Shown here: one piece after another, positions 24,513 to 39,715 of the stretch | How positions within the stretch are numbered: the stretch's first letter is position 1 | How the letters are laid out: each line of letters begins with the position of its first letter | NCBI GenBank assembly: GCA_013239625.1 | Contig: MU053758.1 | Location: 1,178,001 to 1,242,000, forward strand | Reading direction: 5' to 3' | Origin: Lama guanicoe | Lineage: Eukaryota | DNA length: 64,000 nucleotides | Program-made: the position numbers and the translations under genes | Notes under the pieces: generated by a model | Database searches by the model: none | What the model was told of the DNA's origin: nothing | Seen by the model: only the letters and a program-made list of their open reading frames with translations

Positions 24513-26910
24513 GCTCCTCAGTCCCGCCTCCCCGATGGTCTCCCTGGGGCCATCAGAAGACAGCCCTCTGGCCTAATGCCCTTGGGGGGCGGTTTGAGTA
24601 AGAGGAAGGTGGTTATTTATTGAGAGGGAGGAAAAGTGGTGCGGGGACAGGGACCCGGGTGCTAGGGGTTTCTTAGTCTATGGGGCTGGACAGGACGGAC
24701 GCCTTTGACTGTTTGGCTGGGCCAGGAGGAGCTGCGCATGCCTATCAGTTCTCCCCTTCCTCGCTATTTCACTCTCGCCCCTGGGCTGGGGGGTGGGGTG
24801 GGGTGGAGTCCCCCTACTGCGGCTGGAGGGCGGAGAGGACCGGCTGGAGGAGACAGGACGTCCCCGGAGCAGAGAGGAGTGGGGCCGCCCTAGGCGCTGG
24901 GGGCAGCTGTCTGGACAAGTCCTTAGTGCCTGAGAACCGGGACATAAAAGGGCCTCCGCCCTGCGGCCCGGGTCCCTTTCATCCCCCTTAGAGTGCTTCT
25001 ACACCCCAGGGTTTTTGGAGGGAGAGCTGAGATGGGGTAGCAGAGGCCGGGGGTCCCCTTAAGGGAAGAGTTTGTATCTGGCTGGGAGGGTTGATGCAGA
25101 AATAACACCTTTGATGTGTCTCCTTATTAAGCCTTGCAGACCCAGTCTGATGGAGCCATGAAGGAAGAGGGGGAAGAGGGCCAGAACTGGCGACAACTTC
25201 CAGTCAGAACTGTTGGGTGGAAGAGAGAGCCAGATGTGGGGGTTGAGCAAGGAAGTCTCTTCTAGAATGAGAGAAGAGGATTTGGTTAGGGACTGGAACT
25301 AAGCCCTTCCATCTCTAACTTTGATTCAGTCCTTAACTCTTGGTCTTTATGAAAACAAAGTTCAGAAATCCACTTGCCATCTGTCACCCAATGTAGGCCT
25401 TCAAGGCAGCCAGGAGCCCCTGCTCCAGAATTGATGTAGTTCCTCGCTGTAGGTCTCCTAGCATTTGCCTTCCTTTTAGGGATGGAAGGAAGAGGGTTAC
25501 CTCGGTTGGGTGGAGGTAGGTGGGAGTAGGTGGAGGTGTAGCAGAGGGACCAGGTTCTCACTTAGAGTTGAGGACTCTGTCCCTACCTGGCCATCTGCTA
25601 AGCCCCACTCTTTAGCCCCACCCTCCCCTTTCCCGCTGGCTACAGCCTTGCCCCTCCTGTAGAGTGTGTTAGGAGGCTCCTCCCGGTCTCATCTCTTGGG
25701 GACAGCTCCCCTTCCATATGAAGAAGTTGTTCTCCCACTGGAAGGGGTCTGTCTTCTGAAGGGATGTCCAGGAAGCTGCCCCTGTCCCCTTCTTTAGTTG
25801 CTAGAAATACATCCTGATGGTGATCATGGAGTGGGGAAGAGGGAAGCCCAGCAGAGGCTGATTCAGGCAAAAGGAAAGAAGTTGATGGGGAAAGGGTCTG
25901 GCGGGCCACAGGACCCTGGAGCTGGTAGGCTTTCCCAGGCTCCAAGTAGAAGCCTTAAGATTCCCCCCCCTCCCCGACCTCCCCTTCCCCTGCCCCTCTT
26001 TCTCCACCCGGAGCCCTATTGAAGATTAGTTGTGTATTGATTTTTAAGTTATAAGCAAAGGGTATTTTATTTAATATTAGGACATGTATTTGCATGTTGT
26101 GTGTACCTATGTGTGTTTCTGTGTGTGTGTGTGTATGTGTGTTTCTCTCTACTGAGCCTCAGGTCTCCAGCCAGGGAGACCTGATCTTGTTCACCCCGGC
26201 CAAAGTCCTGGAGCCTAGCATCTCTTCCTAACTTGGGGATGCAGGAGCCTAGTCCAAGGACTAGATGTTATTGGGAAGTGGGGCTGGGATCTGGGTGGGA
26301 ACATGTTTGTGTAGAAGGGAGCCCTTCTTAAGAGGGATAGGGTGACTCTTCCTGAGGGACTCATGGGCCGGGGTAGTTTAAGAAGTGATGTTCTTTCTTT
26401 ATGCTCCCTCTTTTCCCTACCTCCTGCTACGCTGACCTGAGGTCCCTTTCATTGATGAAAGGGTTGGGGGCAGAAGAGAGCTGTAGTGCCTGCAGGTTGC
26501 CTGGCCAGGTGGCGGAGGGGGAGAGAGGGAGGGCGCTGTGGGTGTGGGATGCCTTTTCCCTCCACCCATCGAAACCAGCCACCCCCTCCCTGTGCCACCA
26601 GGACAGCCTTTCCCAGTGACCATTCTCAGGGGAACTCCCGAATGGGTGTTGGTGGAGGGGGGAACATAAATGTTCCCCGCTTGGAGGCCCTGAGCTCTAA
26701 GGTGTGTAGGTGAGGGCTTTGGTTAGGTTTTCTTCCGCTCCCCTCTTTTATAGACCTAAGTTGCTTGGCTGTCTGCCCCTTCTAGGCAGCCCCCTAGAGG
26801 AGAAATGTAGGATTTTTTTTTCTTTAACTGCTGTGAACCCACTTTGGGGAGGGGGCCGGGGTGGGGGCGGGGAATGAGGAGGAAGAAACAGCCTGTGTTT
26901 TTTATGCTAT

Positions 26911-26916
26911 AATAAA
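26911..26916 (+). terminator. SP6: SP6 polyadenylation signal (3'UTR about 2.4 kb)
   Basis: AATAAA preceded by a U-rich tract; first canonical signal I found after the stop codon. Confidence 0.75.
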
Positions 26917-28983
26917 GTCATCAACCACATCACTGCTTCATTTGTCTTCTAGCTCGGATTTCCTCTTTGACTCAGGGTCCCTCAGCAGCGAGGACCAGGC
27001 TGGCTGCAGGGTGGGGTGGACACTTCTCTTTGATCCTACAGCCCTGGGCAGCCTCCTCCCTTTGTTTGGGGCAGAGCTGAGCTGATGGAAGGGTCTGATC
27101 CTGCCTGGAGGTGGCTGGTGCAGAAGGAGGGTGGAGCTCCCTCGGGGTTGATAGCTGGGTTGCTGTCCCTCCCTGGTCTTTCTTCTTGAAGACAAGAAGG
27201 TTCTAGATATTTCCTTCCTCTTCTACATTGCAAGCCCCCTCTTTCACCTCCCCTGCCAGATGCTGGTTCCCTGTCTTCCTAGAGATGGCTAGCCTCTTGG
27301 CCCCTTCACCCTGCGCCCATGGAGGGGTGTGTGTCAATCAGTCCTTCTGGCTGTGAGTGAGGTGGGGGGTGACTGACAGTGATTTCTTCACCCAGGATGA
27401 TCCCTATCGGGGACGAGGCGATGAAAGGCAGCCAGGCTATCTGATGGGCTCTGGTCCAGCTGGAAAGTATGAGGGAAAGGTTCCTACTGCAACTCCCAGC
27501 TAGAGATTGGCCACAGTTACACAACCGCGGTGTGCACAGAAGTACCTCACTGGGCACCCTCCAATATTCACAAATACCTGTCTGTACACACGTGCCCAGG
27601 CTGCTCCATGCCTGGTGCACACGCAGTTGGTGCCTAATGCATTTCAAATGAGTAAAAACCTCATGGCTCCTGACCCTCAAATTAGGAAGATTGACAGAGG
27701 ATCAGTTTTTGGCTCCAAGGGTGCAGAGTAAGTTATGTTTTTCCACTTTCCCATCCTGCATCTTGGCCAAAATGATCATCTACCCTAATGGAATTCGTAT
27801 TCCCCCGACTCTAACCCTAACCCAATTGTTCAGAGTAAAATCTGATACCCAGGTTGGCCCATCCCATCACTTGTTTGGGAGAGACTGGGATCACAAAGTT
27901 TAGGGCCACTTTGGGATGGGGGCATCAGAATCATTTAGGGGTTCCAGAGGAGAGTAGACAGTTTAGGGGGGCCAAATGTTTGTTTCCATCTGCTGTTGGA
28001 CTTAGACGTCTGGGTGGAGGAGAGACAGGCATGTTCCCATGACCTCGTGCCCACCCCACTCTTTGGCTCCTCTTTTATCTTCCTGGTTCTGGGAGACTTA
28101 GACCCCAGGAGTCTGGTGAGCCCTCTCCTCCTCTTCCCCCACCGCTGCCCCCAGGGGCAGGAGGGCAGCTGTGGGGCCGGCTGGGCCTGTCTGGGCAGGG
28201 CTGGGGCCGCCCCTCCTCCCCTTGCAGCTCCTCCCGCTGACCTGCATTCTTAGCGGGGGCCTTTGGTGGGGCTCTGACGCTCACTTGCTGGCCCTGACAG
28301 CAAATACTGCCTGGCTGGCCCTGCCCCATCCCCCCCACCCCCATGGAGCCCGAGGCCACCTCTGACCCCTCAGTTCTGGCGCCCCTGGGAGGACGAACCT
28401 GGAGGGGCTGAGAAGGAGTTTGGGAAATCAGAGCATCTGGGCTGACCCTCTGGGCGACTTCTCTGAGGCACCATCTCCTCTCCTGGGAAGCAGGAGTAGA
28501 ATCCCTCTAGGGTAGATGAGTGAAGTCAGGAATGGGAAAGTGACAGAGGAGCAGGCAGCCTGGGAACTGCAGCCTCGGGCTGTGTTGCGCCCCAGACGCA
28601 GTCTCTCCTGCCTGTCCCTGCCCCGCAGCAGGCAGCCGGGGGAGTGCAGGGGGTGAGCCAGCTTTCCTGCCAGCCTCTTCAGGTCCTCACGTTTGTCAGC
28701 ACACAGCCTTGATGTTTGTTTCTGGAATGACGTCCAATGGCAACCTCACCTCCCACCCTTGACATCACACCAGAAGCAGCCTTCACTTCCCATTAATCAT
28801 AGTGAATCTGACTGCTCAGTATCTTAGCAGTGTAGGTTTGAAAAGAATCTCAGGAATCAAATAGTCCAGCTGTTCCCACCCCGGTAGAGGGCACATTAGA
28901 ATCACCAATGGAGTTTTTCCAGATGCCCCGATTCACTCCCCCAAATCCCACCAAATTATATCCCCTGGGGGTGCTGCAGTAGA

Positions 28984-29125
28984 GCAGCACTTCTCAGGCT
29001 ACACCTGGCGGTCTTGTTAACATGCAGATTCCAATTCAGAAGGTTTGAGGTGGGGCCCAAGATTCTGCATTTTGAAAAACCTTCTGGATAATGCTGATGC
29101 TGGTAAACTTCGAACACTTTAAGAA
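28984..29125. mobile_element. MER5-like hAT-Charlie MITE
   Basis: CTTGTTAACATGCAGATTCC...GAGGTGGGGCCCAAGATTCTGCATTT...GATAATGCTGATGCTG. Confidence 0.6.
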
Positions 29126-30299
29126 AAGTATTCAAGTACGTGTTGTGCAGTGGGAGTTGTGAGTTGTGTGGCTGAGAAACAATCCCTCCTCACCCGACAG
29201 TGGTTGAGAACCACTGATCTAGTCCAATGCCTTCTTTTGCTATTGGGAAAACTGAGGCCCTCGCGGGTACAGTGACCTGGAAGAGACCAGCAGAGCCACA
29301 GTAGGGGCAGCAGGAAATGTTAGTCTGCAGAGTTCCAGGTAGTGGTCTTCTCTGCCTCCAGCCCAGCTTCCAGGTCAATCTTCTCTGCAAGTGGCCGTCC
29401 CCTTTCTGAAAGTGAAGCCCATCTCCCTGCAGACAGTATACTCTTGGGAATCAGCCTTGTTTACGTAGAGACAATCAGAAAATATCTCAGATTTCAGATG
29501 CTCCAACAGCCTTATCTGGCAGGTTACCCCTGGCCATCACCCAGCTCTCTTGCCTGCAGCCTGCCCCCTGGGGAAGCGCCAGCCTCTGCTTTCATTCCCT
29601 TTCCAGGGATGACCACATGCTGGGATGCTGTGGCCAGGGCTCTGGGCAACAGCCTTGACTGGTTGGCATGGTGGATGTGGGAGAAATATTCTGCTGGGTC
29701 TCCCCTCCCCCCATTCGTGGAGGTCTCCCTAGAGCAAAAGAGTGTGATATGCATTTGCTTAAATGCTGGTTATGGGGATCTTCTTCATAGGGGAAAATGA
29801 CCCGGAAAGCAGAACATTTGGGATCAGAGCCCACCTCCACACCGATCTGTGCCCCCTTGGCCAAGACTTCTCCTTTGCTGTTTCAGTTTTACTATACATA
29901 AAGGTGGCAAATCTTTGAACTAGAAATTTCCGAATTTCCTTTCAAAGCTAACTTCCAATGAGCTTGAGCACTGTGGGGCGGAATTGGGTTTTTGGGGTTC
30001 AGGTGGATTTTGTGCTTCCGTGCCTTAAAAAAAATGCATTAACTTAAATTATCCCTATACCTCCTGGCCTGTCAACATTCTTACAGATCTTATTTCTGAG
30101 GGGTTGGGGAGTGGGAGGTGGGAGATGGAGGGGGAGGGGCACCAGCCTGGAATTGAGCATTTGTTATTCAAACCAGGACACAAGTAGCTGAGGTTCTTCC
30201 TTAACCTCCAGATGCTCCAGCAGTTCCCGGTCATAAAAAATCAACCCAGGTTTTTCTTTCTTCCCTTTTCACGTGGGCTCCTTTACACCTCCAGTCCCG

Positions 30300-30800
30300 G
30301 CTCCTGACAGTGACTCCATTGGAGAAGCCCCGCGGATTCGCCACAGACTTTATCCGGCCTGAAAGCGGCGCCCGGGCAAGGCAGGCAGCCAGCAGGACTT
30401 GGAAGGCCGCTCCGCTCCAAGAAGTGGTGCTGGCGCGCGCCCTGGTGGAAAGTGGAGGAACTGCAGAAGCTCAGTTCCGGCTCCGCCCCCGGGGCCAAAG
30501 CCTTCCAGGTCACCTAGGAGCCTCCGCCCCTTGGGACGGACCTGACCCTAAGCAGAGGTAGTGGCGCTCGGGATTAAGAGGGGCCCCTGGAGGGAGAGAG
30601 GATGAGGGGCATACAGTATTGCGGAAGCGAGAAAGCATGGATGGAAGAGGGGCGTGGGACTCTTGGAGAGGGGTGAGGTAGCGAGGGAGACGCAGGGCAG
30701 GGTCCTCGGAGCATGCGGTCTGCGCCTGCCTGCTGACTTCCTAGCCTAGAGCTTGGAGGGAGAGGGGGTGTCTCCGTTGCGCTCGCCGCGCATCCGGCAT
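30300..30800 (+). promoter_or_regulatory. SCRN2: CpG-rich SCRN2 promoter and exon 1
   Basis: CpG enrichment; candidate donor GGG|gtgagg at 30672/30673 (alternative AG|gtagtg at 30557/30558). Confidence 0.65.
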
Positions 30801-30880
30801 GCTTGCGGTGCTGAGAGTCCAAAACTCAACGGCAGTGTCTTCCCTGAGTATCTGCACGTGTTGGGAAAGGGGCTCCCTAG

Positions 30881-33996
<3,116 letters not shown>

Positions 33997-34126
33997 GCCT
34001 GGCTCCTCCTGGCCTGGGGTGGGGTGCAGGGGGCTGGAGTGGGCCCAAGGGCCCTGGGGTAGTGGGCCAGAGCAATCCCTTCATCCCCTCAGCCTTGTTC
34101 TGAGTGGCCAGGTCGGCCTTTGCCCT

Positions 34127-34132
34127 AATAAA
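34127..34132 (+). terminator. SCRN2: SCRN2 polyadenylation signal
   Basis: AATAAA 130 nt after the stop codon. Confidence 0.8.
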
Positions 34133-34680
34133 CATGTTTTCCCTCCTTCAGTGTCCAGGTCCAGTGGGTTGGGGGAGCCAAGAGAGGGTGAAGGGCAGCC
34201 CTGAGCTGGCTGTGGGCCGCTGGGTGCTTTGCTGGGCAACACGTTCTTCTGACTTGGAGGTGGTCAGTGAAGGTCGCGAAGGGGCCTGTGAGAGGAGGTG
34301 GCCCCCAGGTGTAGGTTGTGTGTGCAAGAGCATGCCTGGCACACAGCAGGTGGCTGCTACATGGGGAGAATTAGAACCAAGAGTTTTTGGTTCTTGGCTT
34401 GAACCCAGGAAGGGCACTCCCTAGGGGTGGCGGTGAGATGTGCCCACCGCAAGGTGGCGTCCTCCATGAGGGGATGCCCGCCTCCTGCCCACTCAGGAGC
34501 TGGGAAGCCCGGTAGGGCCTGAGACGGGGTGCCAGTCCCTTGGGTAGTTCTTGAAAGATCCTGGTCTTTCTTTAGAATCAGTCTCTGTATTCCTGCCACT
34601 GTTTCCCGGTGCCTTTACTGACTGCCTCCCCTGAGATGCCCCCAAGTGACGTGGAAGACCTCCGCAGGGCCTGGAGACGC

Positions 34681-34686
34681 TTTATT
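34681..34686 (-). terminator. LRRC46: LRRC46 polyadenylation signal
   Basis: TTTATT on + (AATAAA on -), about 105 nt past the stop codon. Confidence 0.8.
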
Positions 34687-34790
34687 GGGGACAGGTTCCT
34701 GCTACAAGTGAGGGCTCTGAAGATGGGGGGCTATTCTACCCCTTGTTCCTCTGTGTTCCTGGGGCTTTGCTGATAGCAATGGGCTGCACT

Positions 34791-37700
34791 TCATTTCTTG
34801 ATTCTTTTGGTTACAGTTTTAGTCATGCTGGGGGCCCCCCCCAGAGGGGCTTTGGGGGCTGAGGCTGCTCTGGCCCCCTTCCCTGCCTGCACAGTGCTTT
34901 GCTGGCCCCTGGAAACCAGAGGGCATGATTTCTTGGTGGCAGAAGAGGCTTGTGGCAAGGAGGCAGGCTCCGGGGATGTGTCCTTCCCTAGCTTGGGAGT
35001 GACGGAAGGGCTGCTGTCTCCAGCCATGGGTGCCCTTGGCAGTGGGGGGAGGTCGGTGAGGGCGGGCTGTGTCTCCACCCTCAAAAGATGCTCGAGCAGG
35101 GCTGTCTGCTGCCTGTGCTCCCGGTGCCTTCTCATATCCTGCTCCAGCTCCTGGAGGAAGCCTATGAGGGGCAGGGATGGTGGGTGGTGGATGGAACCCA
35201 AGGCTTATCGGGAACACCCCTGGGCTGAGGAGGAGGTCCCTGGCTGAGCTCCTGAGCAAACTCTCCCTAAGGGGGAGGAGTGTGAGGCGGGACCAGGATG
35301 AGTTGCCTGCATGCCCAGACTACTCCTGGCCCTGGGACCACCTCCCCAGACACCACTGCCATCTTAGCTCCTCCCAGACCCCGTAGGGCAGGGGTGAACT
35401 CTGGGGAGGCTGCAAGCCTTGAAAGCAGGGTCACCTCGCTCTGAGCAGAACGGGCCACTCAGCTCCGGGAACTCCTCATCCTCATCGCTTGAGGCTTTAT
35501 CCTCCTCGTCCGAGGTCCAGCGCTCTAACACCGGCTGCCCATCCAGGTACAGGAGCAGGGGCAGGGCTTCTATCACCCGCTCCCTGTAGGGCAGAAAGAG
35601 CAGAGGCTACCTGGGTGGGCACCCCTGGGTGTGGAGCCTGGGAGCGCAGACACAAGCTACAGCAACCACACCGGGAGGGGTGCTGTTCTTGAGCTGGAAG
35701 CTGGGCCTGTGGTCAGGCCAATGAGCTGGCTCCAGGTGGCATTATGGGTGTGGGAGGGAAACAAGGCTGGCTCCAGGTGGCGTTATAGGTGTGGGAGGGA
35801 AAAAAGGGGTCCGACTTGAGCTGGGGTGAGGGAGGGGAAGGTGCCAGGGACGGTGCCCCGAGGTTTGTGGGCTGAGAGGGAGCTCAGCCAATCAGCCCTT
35901 TCTTCCCACCTTCAATTCCTCCTCACCTGTAGCCATCCTGGGCGGTGCAGCTGTTTCCAGTCAGGTTGAGGATGAGAAGGCTCTCGGGGAATTCATCTGC
36001 CCATAGCAAAGGGAGACCACTGCCCCTCTGCACAGCCCCCAGACCCCCTAGAGGATGTGCAAGCACAGGGAGAGGGGGGCAGAGAGGAGGGAGGGCCCCT
36101 CCTGGAACTTATTCCATGAGCCAGGGCAAAGGCTTCCTACCCAGCTTCAGTACTTCTATCAGGTTCTCTGAAAGGTCCAGAGACTGGAGGTGTGGGAGGT
36201 CGCGGAGGTTTTCCACCTGTCTGATTTGGTTTCCCGCCAGAGACAGGAAGCTGTAGGGGAAGGGAGGAGTGCAGAGACAGCCAAATCACAGAACAGCTGG
36301 AGGAAGGGAGGAGAGCACCAGGCGCCCAGGTCCCCTGGCTAGGCAGCTGGATAATGAGTGGGGACACATGGCTTTCTGGGGTGATGGAAGCAGAGCTAGG
36401 TTTGTGGGGGCCCTCTGCTGATAGGTAGTGGGCGTGGGGAGGTCTTGAGCCAGTTCTTTGCAGGTATTACCAGGTTTCCTCCCCTTCATTCTCCCTCTTC
36501 TCTTCACCCCCCACCCTGCCAGAGCCCTGGCACCACTTACCGCAAGTAGGGGATGCAGGCCAGGTTCTCAATTCGCTGGATCTTGTTCTGCAGGAAGAAG
36601 CCGAGGTGAGGAAACCAAGCTGAGGTCAGCTGTGTTGGGGGGCCCTTTAAAGGAACAAAGCCCCAAGACCCTGTCTACTCTTGAGGCTGGAGATCTGGCC
36701 TTTTGGGAATGATCACCCCACTCCTTGAACTGGTTGTTACTACTTTGGGATGATTTGCTTTCTCCAGGTGGGTGGATAAGGGTGTAAATCTGGGGCTGGC
36801 TAAACTTGGTTCAGGTGTGCCCTGCTCACCCCAAAACCAAAGAGTGACCCGGAAATCAGAAGAGGAAACCAAGGGCCACAGGGAAATCAAAAAAGCCTTG
36901 GTGGTAGATTGCACACAAGAGGGGAACAGCGAACATACACTACTTTGATCCGTAAAGTTTCTGTCGGGAAAGGTTCAGGAATCTGGGTATATTCAACCTG
37001 GGGGAGGCTGGAGATCACCTGCCCACCCCCACCCCCACCCCCACTGACAAACAGCCTTCAAGGTTCTGATGGATGCAGAGGAAGCTTCTTGGTTCCCTCT
37101 TCCTTTTCTTCAAAACAGGAAATAGATTTGAACTACATAGCATGAGAGATTTAGAGTAGACTACAAGAAGGACTTCTTGAACAAGAGACATGTTCAACAA
37201 AAAATAGTGATTCAAGAGCATGGTCAGGATCTTTTTTGGGAGGACTGGTCTTTCAATTCAGAAGGATTCCTGATTGATCTGAAAACAGTTTCAGTGAAGG
37301 TCTGCCTGCCTGAACACTAGGAAGTGGGCAAGATGACCTGGTTGGCTCTTTTCAGATTATAGACAGACCTGGCCCACAAGGGATAGAGTCACCTCCACAG
37401 GGAGGAAAAAGGGCAGGAGGCAAGAATTTACCGCTTGCAGATAGAGGCTGTGAAGATTCTGGAGGCCCTCTAGGTTCTTGATAGTGGTAATTCCCTCCCG
37501 ATCCAGGCGGACAGTCTGCAGTTCAGCAAGCGTGTGAAACCTGGGCAAACAATCAGCAGAGTGGTGTGACAGAGGGCCACTTTCTGTGGTGTCTTAGCAG
37601 GGAGATGGAGGGGATGGTGTCTTAAAGAGGGGTGGATGGCTCAGTGACTCTGATCAGATGTCAGGGACACCTGCTTAACTCATGAGGTTGGGTCCAGGTC

Positions 37701-39233
37701 GTGAAACTGGGTTGACTTGGAGACCTGGGTCTCTGTCAGTAGCCCCAGAAGGGATCAGAGTGAGAAGGGAGTAAGGGCCCTTGGACTGGGAAACTGGGTG
37801 ATGGCAGCTTATGGTTCCTGGAGAGAATCAGAGAGAGGGAGAAGACTTCCTCAAGCCAGCCTGGGTGAGGGAGGCAACAAGTGAGACAGAGAGGAGACAA
37901 TCTCTGCAGGAAGATCCTTCCTCACCTTCCTTCTCAGTGGTCCATGGAAGGGAAATCACTTGTTCCTTCACCCATTCATTAATTCCACAACATTTACTGA
38001 GTGCTCACTAGAGAAAAATGACAGTCCTTGCCTATCACTATTAGGGAAGGAGCCCAAACATCTATGACAAGTGGGTGTCAGAGACAAGTGCAAGGGACTA
38101 AGCGCAGACAAGGACTGTACACTGAGTTCAGACTAGGGGGATCAGGGAGTACTTCCTGGAGGAGGTGACATGTGTAGGCATTAGCCAGGAAGGTGAGGTA
38201 GGATGAGGAGAAGGCATTTCAAGTAGAAGGCATAGTATGTATGAATCCAGCCCTTCTTGAACTTTAATGTGCCCATGAATACATTGGGGGGGAAGTTCTT
38301 GTTAAAATGCAGATTCTGATTCAGTAGGTGGGTCTGAGATTCTTTGTTTCTAACTAGCTTCTACGTGATGCTGCTGCTGCCCCCTACTCCCCTGCCACCC
38401 CCGCCAGCACCACTCTGGGTAGTAAGGTGCCCAGGTGTGAGAACATAGGGTCTTAGGGGAATTGCACACTTGTGGAGAGTGGCAAGAAATAAAGCTAAAA
38501 AGGCAACAGAGGTCAACTCATGCTAAGGTGTTTGGATTTTATGCTGGGGGTACTAGGGAGCCAAGGAAGGTTCTGCCAGATTTGTCATTTAAAAGGATCA
38601 CTTTCAAGGGCAGGGAGACTAAGGAGTCTGTTGAGAGGTGATGACATTTAAGGCCCTTATTTAAAGCAACTGAGTGGTTGGGGGAGGGTATAGCTCAAGT
38701 GGTAGAGCGCATGCTTAGCATGCGTGAGATTCTGGGTTCAATCCCCAGTACCCCTTCTAAGAATAAATAAGTCAATCTAATTACCTCCCCCCACCAAAAA
38801 AAGAAAAAATAAATAAAACAACTGAGTGGGCATGGTGAAAAAGAAATAGAATAAATTTTTAAGGAGGGAGAATCAATTGGACATTGTTACTGACTGAATG
38901 TGTGGAGTAAGTAAAGAGAGGGACAAAGATAACTTGACAAATGAGTACAGCTCAGTGGACTGCTGACATCCTGTGTGTTTCATTCTTCCAGCACCCTTTC
39001 CTCCCCTGTGCACTCACATCTTCTCTGACAGACCCTCATCCTCAGGGAAGGCCAAGTTCCTCTTAGTGATAAGGGCTTCCGTAATGCACCTGCTGCCTTC
39101 CTCCGGACTCTGGGCAAGCTCAGCTGTGAAAAGATGAGTCAAATTGTTACATTTCCTCATTCTTGAAGGAGAGACTCTACTGTCATCCAGCTGTTCGACC
39201 CACCATCCTACTTTCCTACTCACCTCCAGGCAT
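34791..39233 (-). CDS. LRRC46: Leucine-rich repeat-containing protein 46, 323 aa, 8 coding exons
   Basis: Exons (minus strand) 39233-39224, 39123-39018, 37540-37432, 36587-36541, 36250-36141, 35996-35927, 35583-35435, 35161-34791. GT-AG introns, consistent phases, 972 nt. MPGAELAQSPEEG..., SDS22-like LRRs (LQTVRLDREGITTIKNLEGLQNLHSLYLQ), LRRcap, acidic stretch and coiled coil. Confidence 0.95.
38250..38428. mobile_element. MER5-like hAT-Charlie MITE
   Basis: CTTGTTAAAATGCAGATTCTGATTCAGTAGGT...TTTCTAACTAGCT...GTGATGCTGCTGCTG. Confidence 0.65.
38680..38818 (+). mobile_element. tRNA-derived SINE (camelid Vic-1-like) in LRRC46 intron 2
   Basis: GGGGAGGGTATAGCTCAAGTGGTAGAGCGCATGCTTAGCATGC...GGGTTCAATCCCC plus A-rich tail. 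Target-site duplication CAACTGAGTGG at 38667-38677 and 38819-38829. Confidence 0.92.
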
Positions 39234-39715
39234 GATCTAAAAGTTGCTGGCCTGGGGCAGGATTGGAACAAAGAGGAGCAGAGCAGCTTGGGCAGCTCCT
39301 GGGAATGGCGGAACCCAGGCCGGTATGAGGAGAAGCTCAGAAAATTGGAGGACAAAGGAAACGGGTTGGTTCAGAGCCAATTGTTGGGGGTAGGGTAGAA
39401 GACGAAAGTAAATTGAAATGGAGGGTCTGGAGTTAAGGGGCGTAGAGGGGACTTGCTGGCCGCCACCAGGGAGACTGTAGGTTGACAGCAGTGCCTGCGG
39501 TTGGGAAGAATGGTTAGAGTCTAACGTCGTTGCTAAGAGACCGGACGCCAAGTAGGGCACGGGGTTGGGGGGGGGCCGGCTCACTGACGCAGGACTCAGC
39601 GCATGCGGATTACTGCTCCAGCCAGCGGCCCCGCCCTCTGCTTCCGGTCCAGGGCTTCCCCACAATCCGTAGCTCCTTCCGTCTCGCTACGCTCACGGCG
39701 GTTCTTCCGGTGACG
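39234..39715. promoter_or_regulatory. Bidirectional CpG promoter shared by LRRC46 and MRPL10
   Basis: Head-to-head ATGs 482 nt apart. X-box-like GTTGCTAAGAGAC 39529-39541; NRF1-like GCGCATGCG 39599-39607; GC box 39629-39636; ETS CTTCCGG at 39641-39647 and 39704-39710. Confidence 0.85.

Noticed and set aside
23699..24601. 300-aa alternative-frame ORF overlapping SP6
   Set aside because: Starts at TTG, has no internal Met, and is R/P/G-rich low complexity; expected by-product of GC-rich codon usage.
38684..38750. tRNA-like sequence (also 10820-10885 and 15690-15755)
   Set aside because: Followed by SINE body and A-rich tail (with TSDs for the two young copies); SINE heads, not tRNA genes.
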